DNA of 55,715 nucleotides, filler included, from Moniliella sp. 'wahieum' (Eukaryota): NCBI GenBank assembly GCA_003971905.1. It is 3 parts of 3 records of this genome, joined end to end, with 100 filler letters (N's around TTAATTAATTAA, not from the genome) between each part and the next. Parts side by side here need not be neighbours in the genome. Positions count along the whole stretch, not along the records: positions 29,118 to 55,715 come from RSEE01000205.1; 2 more parts are not named here. One strand, given 5' to 3'. The notes below the pieces were generated by a model. It had not been told where the DNA came from. It made no database searches and was given only the letters and a program-made list of their open reading frames with translations. This document shows, in pieces, positions 34,381 to 47,782 of the stretch (the first letter of the stretch is position 1; each line of letters opens with the position of its first letter). The position numbers were made by a program, and so were the translations under genes.

Positions 34381-36200
34381 ATGCCCCCGCTGGCTCCGTC
34401 ACTTGCATCTCGCTCCTGGGCCCAGTCCGTCGCCCACCAGCTGCGCCCGTCGCCCACCCCGCCCTCGGCGCCTACCCTCACCCTCCTCCTCGCCACCGCT
34501 GCCGGCACTACTGGCCTTGCCACCCTTCTTATCGGCCGTGCCTCTGCACCACGCCGTCTACGTCGTGTGCTGGCCACTCGCACCCGTGCCACGGACCTTC
34601 TGCACAGCAAACTTAATGCCGAACGAATGTTCCGTGCTCAAGCCGAAAACCAAGTCAAACGCGTCCAGCACGAAGCTAATCTCGCCGCTCGCCACTACAC
34701 ACCACTCCCTCCTCCAAGCCCAAACCAACACTCAGTCCGTATCTCTCTTTCCCTCTGCTGTAGGGTCAGCCGCAGCTGCCGACCCCACGCATCCAGCGCC
34801 TTCGCAACAATACGTTACCTCGCCTTCCAATTTACCCATTGCTGGTGATATCCAACTCTCTTCGCATTGTACTTATCCACCGCCTGCCCCCTAAGCATTG
34901 CTCAGAACTGACTTCATTTTGTATTTTCTCTACTATGCTCACACCTCCGCCTCAGGCTTGTATGGCCAACCCAAAGATTCGCCTCGGAGCCGTTTCTGCC
35001 TGGTTTCGCCTGATGGCTCGCCCTGCGTATCGGCATCGGTCGCGGTGGTCGATCGCCACGGCAATAAAGATAGGGTCACCCTTTTCCCCGTGTGTACGTT
35101 CATTACGACCCTTCCAGCTCTTCCAGACCTAAGCACTCACCCTGTTTGTGTTCCAGATAAACGGGTGACGGAGGAGAGTGTCACCAAACCTGTTGGACCT
35201 ACCATTGCGTTGCCCCCATCTGCTCCCATCGTGCTCAGTCGCAGGCACGAGATGAGGGACAAAGCCCAGACAGAGAAAGAGTCCGAGAAAGGCTCTGGAT
35301 CTGAACCAGATGTGGTGCCGCGACCCTTCTGTCCCCGCGTTCTCCTCGCCCCGTGACAGTTGCAGCGACCAATGCCAACAGAGCCAGCGGTACAACACTC
35401 CCTTTTGCACCCAGTCCTAGTCCGGCTGTGAAGAAGACAGGGACTAATGCCAATCAACCTTCTGTCACCATGTTTCAAGCCCTTACTACACCGCGTCCCA
35501 CCACGGCTATCCCACCGCAAACACCTGTTGTGATGCAAAGCGCGCGGGCCAAAGCCAATCCAGAGACATTCAGTCAACAAGTGGCATCCTGTCCCATTAT
35601 GGCGTTACCCCCACAGACCCCAATCGTGGTATCGCCTACGCAGGGGTCCAAAACAAATGCATCTACTCCGTGTGACGGCACATCAAGTTGCACCCTACCT
35701 CAGTCCACCGTGGTTAAAGCTGATTCCGTACCACGTCTAACTATTGCGCTGCCCCCACAAACTCCAATTGTGGTGCAAGCTGCACAAGGACTTGAGGGGG
35801 AGAATCGACCCTTGCCACTCCCCGACCAACCATGGCGATCCCCCCGCAGACGCCTATCGTGAAGCAGGCTGGGTCGCTTGCCAGTGGCACGGCGCAATCA
35901 GCCCCTTTTGGCACAGAAACTAACTCCCTGAAGAAGTTTGTACGCAATGGGCTTGTGCCCAACCGTCGACACGGACGTCGCGGCGGTTCTCGATCGTCCC
36001 GACTCCATTTTGTTGGGGTATGGTGGGATGAGGACCATGGGATTATGCCGTCTACAGTGCAAGACACGACCGTGCCCGTAGAACGGGATACGGCGCACGA
36101 CGCAATGGTGATGCTGGAAGAGTTGGTGCGGAAGCACCAAGACGAGGCGACGAAGAGTACGGCGGGCCGGCTCGGTGAAGAACAGACTGTCGAGCCCTAA
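34381..36200 (+). CDS. Hypothetical protein: N-terminal hydrophobic segment, short coiled coil, repeated ALPPQTPIV motif (spliced/frameshifted)
   Basis: TATAAAA at 34299; LTLLLATAAGTTGLATLLIG; six xA(L/I)PPQTP(I/V)V-like units between ~35200 and 35860. Confidence 0.5.
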
Positions 36201-37190
36201 GCGTGAATAGAGAAAGCGGCCTCTGGTTGAAGACCTCTGCTGTTGCGGACAAGAAGGAGAAGTGAGTGTGAGCCTTGGGAATTGTATACAAGCTGAATGT
36301 CCCGCCCCTTTTATTCGTTCTCTCGTTCCTTGTCCATCGGGGATATGGAAGCTGTACCAATACATTGTCTATACGTTTCGTGTGCTTTCCTCCGATTGAA
36401 CAGGAGAACCCCGGGGCTTTTGTCGTTATACAGTGCCAGCGTGCAGTGTGGCGCCCACACACACTCTCTTGCCGCTCCTTTTTTGTTTGTAGAGCAAGGA
36501 GAAGTATACTTACACAGAACCAAAAGGATTGTCTAAACGTCTGAACTGTGAACTGCTAACCGAGATTGGACAGGAATGAAAGCGAGTTTGCCTATTCTCC
36601 TTATCCACCCTCCGACGTCACAAACAAGATACTGCTTGAATGAGAGTCCAATGGTTGCGCTTGGATCAATTGATGACCCTCAACATTCGACTTCAGTCAA
36701 GAGACCAAGCCTTAAGTCCTGGAACGAGCCTATGTAGTATTGAGGGAAATGCACTCTCCACACCCCCCCGCATATATATTTCTTCCAAGGGTTGGCTTTT
36801 GCGTAGCGTCACATGTGTGCACAAACCGGACAGCGAAATTCAATGGGAAGCAGTAAAGGCCCCACCATATGGAACGAGGGAGAACGATCTGCATAATCAG
36901 CCAGCTGCCCCTTCTCGTTATTCCATCTCGTATCTACTGTGGAGCCTCCGCAGCCACTCCAAAATCCAATGGCGTGCAACGTTTCGCAACCCGGCCGGAT
37001 ACTATAACGGGGTCAAATTTGAAACTGTGCACGTTCGTTGCCTGCGTCAATTGATTATGATCATCCCATCTTTCCGGGGCAGTATTCGAGTTGTGAGTCA
37101 CAAGTGCACAAATCTCCAAGTCCCAAGCCGGGTTGCGCGCCAAAGGCAGCGACGCCCACACCACCGCCCCCCCTCTACTCGTCAGCCGCG

Positions 37191-39350
37191 ATGGGCTCTC
37201 TCTCCGCCAGCCCGTTTCCCACGACCCCCACACCTTCTGGTCCCCAGCACGTTCGCCTTCCGTCGCACCAGCCAAGTACACGGCCCAGTCTGCGCCCACC
37301 CAGATCTCTCCCACCCTCTCCTCGGTGCCCTTGGCGGAGCGCAGCGATGCCGAGCGCAATGTGCTCATCACCTCCGCCCTTCCCTATGTCAACAATGTGC
37401 CCCATCTCGGCAACATCATTGGATCGACGTTGAGTGCGGATGTGTATGCTCGTTACAGCCGCTCGCGCAACCGCAACACGTTGTACATTTGTGGCACGGA
37501 CGAGTACGGTACGGCGACCGAAACCAAAGCATTGGAAGATGGTGTGACGCCACAGGAGCTGGTGGATAAGTACCACGCCCTTCATAAGATTGCCTACGAC
37601 TGGTTTGATATTGGGTTTGACTATTTTGGCCGCACCACGACCGAGTGGCAAACGAAAATTGCCCAAGACATCTTTCTCAAGCTCCATGCCAATGGCTTTG
37701 TCGAGGAGCGCACCATCACCCAACTGTACTGCGACAAGGACCAGCGCTTCCTGGCGGACCGTTACGTGGAGGGAATTTGTCCCAAGTGTGGTTACGAAGA
37801 TGCACGTGGCGATCAGTGCGACAAGTGTGGCTCCTTGTACGATGCGATGGAGCTGAAGCATCCGCGGTGCAAGACGTGCAACTCGACCCCGCTCCCAAAG
37901 AGACCAAACATATCTTTCTCCGCATCGACTTGCTCCAACCAGCGACCGAGACGTGGGCGCGCCAAGCGGCCGTCGAAGGAGGCTGGAGCAGCAACTCTGT
38001 CCACATTACCGAGAGCTGGTTTAAGGAAGGCCTGCGACCGTTTAGTCTGACGCGTGATCTCAAGTGGGGGGTGAAGGTGCCATTGCCCGGGTACGAGGAC
38101 AAGGTATTTTACGTGTGGTACGATGCACCGATTGGCTATCCATCCATCACGGCCAACTATGCGCCGAGGGTATGGGAGGCGTGGTGGAAGAGCCCGGAGC
38201 AAGTGTCGCTGTACCAGTTTATGGGAAAGGACAATGTTCGCTTCCATACTGTCATCTTCCCCTCGACGTTGATTGGCACCAAGGACAAGTGGACCAAACT
38301 GCAACAGATCAGCACAACCGAGTACCTCCAGTACGAAGGAGGCAAGTTCAGCAAGAGCCGCAACGTTGGAGTATTTGGTGATAAGGCGGCCGAGACAGGG
38401 GTACCGGCCAGCGTATGGCGGTACTATCTCTTGGCCAACCGGCCTGAAACGGCGGATTCCCAGTTCTCCTGGGCCGAGTTTATTGCGCGCAACAAAATGA
38501 ACTCTTGGCCAATCTGGGCAACTTTGTCAACCGCGTTCTGACATTTGTTGCCAAGAACTACCAAGGGATCTTGCCTCCCGTTCCAGCCGAGCTTACCGAT
38601 GCCAAGACCGAAGGACACGCGCTCTACGCGGCGCTGGTCAAGGACGTCAATGTGCTACTGGGCCAGTATGCGGACCATATGGAGGCGGCCCGGTTGCGCG
38701 CTGGGCTTCAAACCGCAATGGCCATCTCGGCCCGGGGCAACCTGTTTTTAACCGAGTCCAAGCTGACCAAGGCGCTGTTTGTCGAGCATCCCACCACGTG
38801 CAACGCCGTGGTTCATGCGACAGTCAGCCTCATCTACCTTCTCAGTGCCGTCGTTGCGCCCTTTATGCCGTCGACCGCCAATGACATTTTGGTTCAGCTC
38901 AACGCACCACCGCGGGCTCTACCCCTTCCCCCAGAGGCCGGACAGAAGGGTGGTATCGGCCATTGGGCCCCGCCAGAGCTACTGGCCGATCACACGATCG
39001 GCAAGCCTAAGCACCTTTTCAAGCCCATCGATCCCAAAATGGAAGAGGTGTGGCGGACCCAGTTTGGCGGAGCTCAAGCCAAGGAGGAGACGGCCAAACC
39101 GGCTCTGAGTAAATCACAAGCAGCCAAGCTTGCGAAAAAGGCCAAAAAGGAAGCAGAGGCGGCGGCGGCGGCCAAGATCCCCAACACTCCCGAAGCCAAG
39201 GCGTTGCAGGCCAAGATTGAAGCACAGGGCGTGGCCGTGCGCGAGGCTAAGGCGGCAGCCAAAGCGGATGACTCCAAGCAGGCGGCTGTCGAGGCCAGCG
39301 TCCAAGAGTTGCTGCAGCTGAAGGAGCAGCTGGCTAAGCTCTCGGTTTGA
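37191..39350 (+). CDS. MES1: Cytosolic methionyl-tRNA synthetase with C-terminal WHEP-like domain
   Basis: [83 protein letters not shown]. Two or three frameshift errors. Confidence 0.96.
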
Positions 39351-39521
39351 CGTCGTGGTCCCACCGCTGTGGCTACTGGTTTAGTTTTTCCCTTCCTTCA
39401 TCCATCCTCCTTTCCCCAGTACATTGGACCAGGACAGGACAGACCTAGCAGATAGTCAAGGGTATCGTATATCATCGTTGCACAACAAGACGCAGCATGC
39501 GAGGGATCGTCGTCGCTGGGC

Positions 39522-39891
39522 TCACACCAGGCGCCAAACCAACCAGAGCAAGATGACGCTGGCCATGACGGTCAACGTGAGGCGCCAGCCCTGCAGATTG
39601 ACCACCTTTTGGGTAAGACTGGTCGAGGAGCGCTGCAGGCTGCGTCCGAGGCCATCGAGCGCGCGCTCGGCCCCAGGAAGGAGCGAGGTGCGCTGGGCCT
39701 CGGCATCGGCGTGGATGTCGACGGTGACCGCGTGCTGGAGCGAGGGTGGGGGCGGCGTGGTCAGGGAGCAGCGCCGCGCGGAGCAGCGCAGAGGAGTGGA
39801 GGATACGCACCAGATTGCGCACCTGGGAGTGGAGGGCGCCCAGGGCAGCGTCGTTCTGCTGCTCGTACGTGCGTGCAGCCGTCGAGGACAT
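39522..39891 (-). CDS. Bet1/Sft1-like Qc-SNARE; intron at 39735-39810
   Basis: MSSTAARTYEQQNDAALGALHSQVRNL|HAVTVDIHADAEAQ...C-terminal TM LTLTVMASVILLWLVW. GTGCGT...CAG intron. Confidence 0.8.
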
Positions 39892-40554
39892 GGCGGATGG
39901 CGGCGGCTGGGCGGCCTGAATGCGTATCGCCGCTGCCACCCATGACGCAACGTGGCAGCGGAATCTGCCCTCGCCGCCCTTCCGCCTCGCGACCCAGAAT
40001 GGGTGATCCAAGTTTTTTTCGTGGCGGTGAATGTTTCATCTCACGTTCTCCTCCCAGCGTTAGCTACCTACGGTTTGCCCCTGGGGCTAGAGAGTGTCCT
40101 ACGCGTGCCGGGCAATTGACGATGGGCCGTGGCTACCGCCTGGACTGTGCGCCCCTGGCGCAGGTAGCGCCGATACGTTTTGCACTATGCATGGACAGGT
40201 CCAAAACAGTATACGACCGTTCAAAACGTTAACAAACGTCAGACGCTGCGCAATAAGCCGAGCACTTGTCATTCCGTGATCTGCCCAAATAATGCAGCGC
40301 ACCACGTGGCTTTGGCCTGCTGCTGTGGCTTGTCCAGGTTCAAGCTCTAGAGAGTTCAAGCTGACGTTCAGGCCTTCAGGTCGACGTGACCCGCGTGTGA
40401 CCGACCAGGAGGCCTGCTCAGGCGGAGGCCGCCCCTAATGCGCCAAAACTGAGGACCCCTCAGTGCCTCAACGCCTCATCAGCCTCTTAGGTCTCAGGGT
40501 CTCGGGCTTCTGGCCGCAGTATGGCGGCTTCAGCCCCAGGAGGCCTCAGGGCTC

Positions 40555-40571
40555 TCAGATCTCAGATCTCA
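40555..40571. repeat. TCA-GATC-TCA-GATC-TCA array within a cluster of related units (40340-40660)
   Basis: Read directly, in the divergent intergenic region between the SNARE and the permease. Confidence 0.8.
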
Positions 40572-41973
40572 GACCGTAGGTATGTTGGAGGACGTTTCGT
40601 GTCTTGCTCCAACAAATGACGTGCTCGTTTTCTCCCCCAAAGTTGACTGACATGTGACACGTTGACCCCGCCCCCCAGTCCTGTGCTGCACACAAGACTG
40701 TACATTCGGTTGGTGTACCGATCACATCCCTCGGTGGGCATTTCGTACCTATGGGCAAACCTGCATCCACAGTTGATTATTGCTGTGGCTTTACACGAGT
40801 TTTAACCCTGTCTCCACAAAAGCTTCGTAAAAGTAGTAGGATGCGACTCGGTAAGAAATATATGGCCCCTTGAGTCTGAGGCACCGCGCTCCACACTACT
40901 TGGGATGAATTCGCCGCGCAAGATTCGTCCAGATGGCATGGCTGGCATCATGGCAGTAGTGGGTGTGGGTGTGGTCATATACCGCAGGGGGGCTATGGCG
41001 TTGGGTGCAGTAAGTATAGGATGGCGCGTGGTGGAGGGCTTGAAGCTGGAAGTTCAAGCGTCTGCCAGCAGCGCCGTCTCGGTGCCTTTGATTGATGCGC
41101 GGGGACATGGACAGTAGATCCATCGGCGCAGACACGCTCTAAGGCCGAAGGGGGGAAAGGCTTGGTGACTCTACTGTGTCGAGCGAAAAAGAGAAAACAA
41201 AAATTGATCATCGATGATTAATGATTGCGTGTCACCGGTCACCGTCTCACCACACTGGCCACACTCCTCCTCTCCCACAAGGCGCTGAACCTCCGGTCCA
41301 AGGCACGGCGCCTGTGCCCCCGCATCCAGCCTCGTATCCGTTTGTCCCGTGGTGCGAGCTATTTTGCCGAAGCGGCGGGACCAGGAACCACTAACCAGCA
41401 GCGCCCAGGCCTGCCAGGTGTCAGCACATGCCGTGAGGCACTCGTGAGGCCTGAGGCCCTGTTAGATCGTAGCGCTTACAGCCGGCATCTGCCTGCTGTG
41501 GTTTGGGTAAGATTGCGTGCGCGCTGCGTGAGACCGCCTTTTCATCCGTGCACTGTCCAGTCGCCTCCCTAATCCCACAGCCACACGCCAAAACTATAGT
41601 GCCTTCTGCCTCTTGCCTCCCTCTGTCTCTGAGCAGGAGTGTGCGTGGCGGGCCTCCCAAAATTCTCTCTGACGCGGGTTTATTTATAAGAGGCAACATC
41701 CCCCCGACTCCACACCTCTTTTTGTTCTTTCCCGCTTCAAACACCCGCACCCTACTCTCGTCCCTCTACCGCTTTGCCCGACCCAGCAAGCAGCCAATTC
41801 GCACAAGATCTTCACTTGGTGTGCCGTGTGCTTTCCTTCCGTGGCCCGACGCCCACCTCTCGAACCTTGAAGCTTCTCCCTAGCCCCCTTCGCACCAAGC
41901 TTCAACAAGAACCTTCGCCCATTTACCGTCCATATCACTCCATCTCGTGCACATTTCCGCCCACACTTTTCCC

Positions 41974-43569
41974 ATGTCGGTCTACAGTCCTCATTCGGAT
42001 AAGTTCTCCGGCGATCACAGCCCAAGCGCAGGCTACGATCAAACATCCATCTCAAGCAAGAACGGCTACAGCCACGCCAAGGGAGAAGGCCACCCGGACC
42101 AGACCATTGAGGAGGCCTTTTTTGACCCGAAAATGCTGATTCTGCCAAATACAAAAAGTTGTCCTGGTTTCAACTGGGCTTGCTCTTGCTCGTCGAGGCG
42201 GTTGCGCTTGGCAGTTTGTCCCTCCCAGCATCCTACGACACGGTCGGCATGGTAGCCGGTGTGATTATCACCTTTGTCGTTGGGCTCCTCACCCTCTACA
42301 CCGCCTATGTTGTGGGCGCGGCCAGCAACAAATATGCTGACCGTGTGGTCTCTTACAATGATCTGGTTGCCCTTATGTGGGGGCCTTGGGGCGGTGAGCT
42401 GTGCGGAATTGCCTTCGTCGTCTTCCTAACGCTCGCCAACGGTAGCCACGCTCTCACGGGCGCCATTGCATTGGAGACAATTTCCGATCAGCGGGGGTGC
42501 AACCTTCTCTGGTCTGGTGTCTCTGCCATCGTCTTGTTTATCCTCGCCCTGCCCCGATCCTTTTCTGAGCAATCCTGGCTTGGCGTGGCCGACTTTATCA
42601 GCATCATCACCAGCATCTTGATTACCATCATTGCTACTGGTACGTCTTTTCTTCCTCTCCCAAACTCATTCAGCGTCCTAGTGTATATCTCTTTACTGAT
42701 TCTCGTTTTTGCTCCACACCAGGTGTGTCTTCCCACGGTGGTAAGGGAATTGATATCTGGGTCGGCGCCCCGACCAACCCAAGCCCTCCATTTTCTGAAG
42801 TAATTGTGGGGTTGTCAACATCGCCTTTGCCTTCAGTTTTGTAGTCAACCAACCCTCGTTCCAAACCGAACTCAAGAACCGTAAAGACTACATGAAGGTA
42901 CATGAACATCCCCCCCCTGATTTGGCATTACCTCCATTAGCCACAGGATACTGACCCGGGTGCCTCTGCTAGTCGGTTTCGTTGCTGATGGCAGCGGAGT
43001 GGATCATCTACATTCTGACTGGCGCCTTGATTTACGCCTTCGTGGGCAAGGGGTGCCTTCCCCTGCGCTTCTGGCATCTAGCCACACTGTTCGTCGGTCG
43101 GATTTGGTATTGCTTTGGTCGTCATCTTTGTGTCGGGCTCGATCAACACGGTTGCAGCTGCCCGTTATGTGCATCACCGCATCTTCAAAAACACGCCTCA
43201 CAAGTACATCTCGACCCCTCTTGGAATTGGGGCGTGGGTGGCGATTGTATTTGGCTTGACCGTGATTGGCTGGTGGTTGCTGAGGCCATCCCGGCATTCA
43301 GCCTCATTCTTAGCATCATCTCTGCCATTTGTGTGTCCGGCTTCTCGTTCTATTTGCCAGGCTTCATTTGGTTCTACCTCTTGCGCGAAGGCGCCTGGAA
43401 CAGCTCGGCCAAGAACATCGCACTGAGCATCCTCAACACTTTCCTTATTCTTCTTGGATTCTTCTTCTTTGTCGGAGGGATGTATGGCTCGGTGGTTCAG
43501 CTGCGGGACACATACCGTCACAACGAGGCCAGTACGCCCTTCTCGTGCCAGTGGAACCACAGGTCATGA
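41974..43569 (+). CDS. AAAP-family (Mtr-like) neutral amino-acid permease, with two introns (~42640-42722, ~42898-42971)
   Basis: LSWFQLGLLLLVEAVALGSLSLPASYDTVGMVAG, GSHALTG, NIAFAFSF, ELKNRKDY, VPSPALL, VAEAIPAFS. Confidence 0.88.
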
Positions 43570-44366
43570 GAGGCGGCTCTTTTTTGCTGATGTGTGGAGA
43601 TGCTGCAACCCCATCTTTTTTTACCCACCTGGACCGGTCGCTATTACCCCCTCCTTTCTCTCTAGCGTTTACGTTGGTTGCGATGTTCATCACGACTTGA
43701 TCTTAATGCAGTGTGTGCGAAACAAAACGAACTCAAAGTGTATAGTAGCCATACCTGTTTTTATAGCAGGTTACAGCAGGTTGTAGTATATGTGACCCAT
43801 CTCTGTGGTCACGTGCAACGGGGCTGCATTAACGCCAGCGCTCTGTCTTGCAGTGGGAGGGTTGGGTGTGTTTTTGGGTTAAATTAGTATAGCCGCTGCT
43901 CGCGTTCGCTCTCGGCTGTTCTTGGCCACATCAGTTCCCACTTCCTCCTCGGTCGCTTGTGCGTCTGCCTTCGTCCTCCCACACCACCACACTCTCCGAG
44001 CCCCTGTGTGCTGGATCAGGTCCGATGCCCTCCCCTGTCCTGGTTTCGGCGGACCACGCCGACGCGGAGCACAGCCACTGTGCATCAAGCACTTGGGCAC
44101 CCCCCCTGGCAGTCGTATTGCCATCACCACGACCGTCCCATGCCAGGAGGCAGAATCCCCCCTTCCTTCTGACGTTACCGACGACACCCAGATTGGTGAT
44201 GGTACCCCCCTCGCTGTCTCCTCGTCGAGACCAATGAACGCACCCCTCGTCTTCACCCCCCGCCCCAATTCCTAATCAATTACCACTTCTGTCGCCTACC
44301 ATTAGCGTGGACGGTTCACGCGAAAATCCACACCATCAGCACAGCCTCACCACCGACGAAGGCAAT

Positions 44367-47300
44367 ATGGCTTCCAAGTTACCATTCACCCTTCCAGGCG
44401 TGATCGAAGGGGATAGTGGCACGCATACATTAGTGGTCGAGACGGGATTGTCTAACGTCCAACGCCAGCTTGTGGCCCAAGACTCTGAATCCTCTTCATC
44501 TCTCAACACTTTTACTCGTCCTAACGGCCGAGATCCCCCGAATGACAGTTCGCTGGATGAGTCCCAATGTCTGGACGCTCTTCGGCCTCACAAATCAACC
44601 AACGGTTTGAGTCTCAAGAGAACTGAGGGATACATCGAAGCCCTGAGGAATCAAAAGTGATCTGAAGCGCGAGGTTTTCCACTTGCGCAGCCAACTGAGC
44701 AACATAAAGAACAGCCGAAAGTGGTCATCCAGCTCATTGAGGCACAGAACATATTGCCAAGCTGCGCAATCAGAACGAGAAAATGAAAAAGAGTATATCA
44801 TTATGTGATCGTCAGATCAAGTGCCTTAAGACCGAACGCGATAAGCCGAAGGCCCACCAGTCCCCAACAACAGAGGTACGTGTTTCTCACTTCTTTCCCT
44901 GATTACTATCATATACTTTTCTCAGTTATTATATCTCTTTAATCAACCTGTTGGTTCTCGTTTGTTAATAATTCTCTCTCGTTGATTCTTATTCGCAGGA
45001 ATTGTTGGACCAACTCAAGAAAGAGCATGCCAAGGAGCTTTCCCAGATCAAGGCGGAGCGGGATCAACTCTCTCTCAAACTGGCTGACACGAATTGCCGC
45101 TTGGATAAGACAATCCTCATCAGACTTGACACGGCAACACAACCAGGAGATTGAAGAGGCCCCCCGTGCTCAAGTTGGGGAACTGGAACGTGAACTCGCG
45201 TTGGCGTTGCAGAGTCGGTGGGAGGAACAAGAGGACCTGTTGAACCAACAAAATAAAGAGTTGAAGGAACGACTTGCTGCCTTGGAGCTCAGAGCAACAG
45301 AACAGCGATCATCTGCTGATGTAATTCTCAAGCCCGTCCGTCTTTCCCAATTCGACGAAGCCTATGATCAATTGCGAACCGAGCTGAACGTTGCTCACAC
45401 ACTCCGGATCAAGGCGGAGGAACAAGTCAAGTGGGAGCATGACGAAGTCATAAGGTTACGTCGCCAATGCGAGCAGAAGGCCAGTACAGGATCAACTTTT
45501 GTTTTCTATCGAGGATAATCAACGCAAGGCCAACAATGACATTGAACTGGCGCGTGCCTTTCAACTTGCGCAAGAAGAAGAGTGAAGATGCTGGAAAAAT
45601 TGAGAAAATCAGAGACAGAGGCGGCTCACTGGGAAAACCAAGCCAAGCATCTGCAAGACCAGCTGGTCAACCGTGATATCGACCTTGATACGGCGAGCCG
45701 TCAAATGGCCGAGAGTCGGGGCAAGTGCAAAAACTGGAAATCTGGATTGAAGATCGTGATGCTCGCCTCCATGCTCAAGGGGAAGAGATCGAGCGACTGC
45801 AACATGAGTTGAGGGGGGCCCAGGCCAAGTTTCAATCAGCGGAGCTATTCAACGAATCGCTCCGAGCTAGACTCGCTACTGCCCAAGAGAACAATGCGAC
45901 CCTCGACAATCGCTTGGTCGAGAGCAACACAAGATTGAGATACATCAAGCCGAAGAGGAAGCCCAAGCTGAAACGGCCCAGAAGACGCGTGCCGAGTTGA
46001 GTACAGTCAAAGCTGATTTGGCCACTGCGATTGAGCGTCTCGGCAGTGAGCAGCGTGCCGCTGCCCAGAAGATGCAAGATACAAGGCCGAGTCGTAGGCA
46101 CGTGAGGACGAATATCGAGTCAAAGCAGTCGAAAAAGAGCATGAGTGCAGATTGCTGGACAAAGCGCTAGAGGAGCTCAAGTCACGGATGCAGCAACAGG
46201 TTCAGGACCAGCTTCAAGCCGAACTCGCAGTGCTGCAAGCACACAATGTAGAATCGTTTGCCGCCGAGAAGCACATGTTGGATCTTGAGATCGATCGCCT
46301 CCAGAGTAAAATTGCAGAGCTTGAGCGCGAGCTGGAGAAATGCACCAAGGAAGTGGAACGGAAGTCTGACTTGGTGGAGAAAGACCTAGGTTGGACCCAG
46401 CGGTACGCTTCTTTCTTCTCTCTCTTTTCTTTACTGGATCGGGGTGGCATCTCACTGATCTATTCTCTTTAACTCTCTTTGTGCGTGCAGAAGGCCAAGC
46501 TTTGTGAACTTGCAGGTAAATTGTCGGCGGAAGAGCAAGTGAGCAAAGGCTTCTCGGAACGGTTCGACGTGCAAAGCCGGGCCTTGTTGAAGGCACAAGA
46601 AGAATTCGGACGGGCTCAGGCCAAACTGGAAAGTGTGGAACAGTTCGGCAGATGAGACGCGTAACCAACGCCGATCAGTGAACAAGTTGCCCAGCAGCTC
46701 AAGGAACGCGATGTGTTGCTGATGCACATCTACCAGCAACTGGGTCGTGTCATGGGGCCCGCGGAATGGAGCCAGCATGCACACGAGGACGACGCATTTA
46801 CCAACTTCCCCTCTTAAATGAGCGCATCATGACTCTTCGAAGAGTGTGAGCGATACGTGTACAGTTCGAACAACGCATCAAGGGTATCGAGGATAATATC
46901 ACAGATCGTTTTAGGTAGGGCTCCCTCCCCCCCAAGGTATATACTCGGTCTCACCTGCTTACATTCGATTCTCACTCGTTTTCCTCTTTTTCGGTTCTCC
47001 ATACGGTACATCGGCAAAAAGACGCAAATACTGCACGGATCAACCAGCTAGAGACATCCATCGAGATGATTAAGGACAAACAGAGTCTGTGGCACACCGT
47101 ATCGCAGCCAAACAGGCTGAGCTGGACGCTCTCCGCTCGGCTAACAACGAGCTGCAGATCCAAATCGGGTCAATGAAGTCGGCCCAGAGAATGGCGACGA
47201 TGGGACGAGTGTTAAGCCCGAATACGAACTCATCGCCCACCACTCCAGCTAGTTTGGAAAGCATGTTGACCGTTGCAAAGCACCAGCTGGCTGAGACTGA

Positions 47301-47700
47301 AGACCGGATGAAGGACTCAGGTCCGTCACGAGCACGAAGAAGCCAAGTGGAAAAGCGGGTAAAGGAACTTGAGTCGCAAGTTGAGCAAAGCTCTTCCCGT
47401 CCTTCCTCTGGAGCAGCGCACAAAGGGACGGAAAAATGGCCTGACTACAAGAAGGAGCTTAAGCCCAGATTCGTCGAACACGCGAGGAGATGGAGCGAAC
47501 CAAGAAGCACTCCAAAATGTTGGACGATTTGTTGGCTGTCGAAGGTGGTGGTATACCGCCTCCCGACCACCAGAGCCGGAAGAGCCTACGGCATGATCAC
47601 ATTTCGTTGCCACCCACTCGGGATCACTGGACTAGGGTCTGTTGTTTCGGTTTGTATCGTGTAGGGTCGATACCTTTTGTATTAGTCTTGACTCTCGAAC
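44367..47700 (+). CDS. Long coiled-coil protein with N-terminal CM1-like motif (Mto1/ApsB/centrosomin-like), multi-exon
   Basis: SLKRTEGYIEALRNQK-DLKREVFHLRSQL resembles centrosomin motif 1. Extended heptad segments follow, plus LLMHIYQQLG...FTNF near the C-terminus. Confidence 0.6.
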
Positions 47701-47782
47701 AGTGTAGATGGGATGGTATAGCAGACACGCGTTCAGTAGATCTAGGCAAACGCGGTGGTCAGTACAGAGAGGAAGAGCCATG

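Noticed and set aside
36640..37569. 309-aa ORF upstream of and overlapping MetRS
   Set aside because: No family resemblance; it spans the probable MetRS promoter and an alternative frame of the gene.
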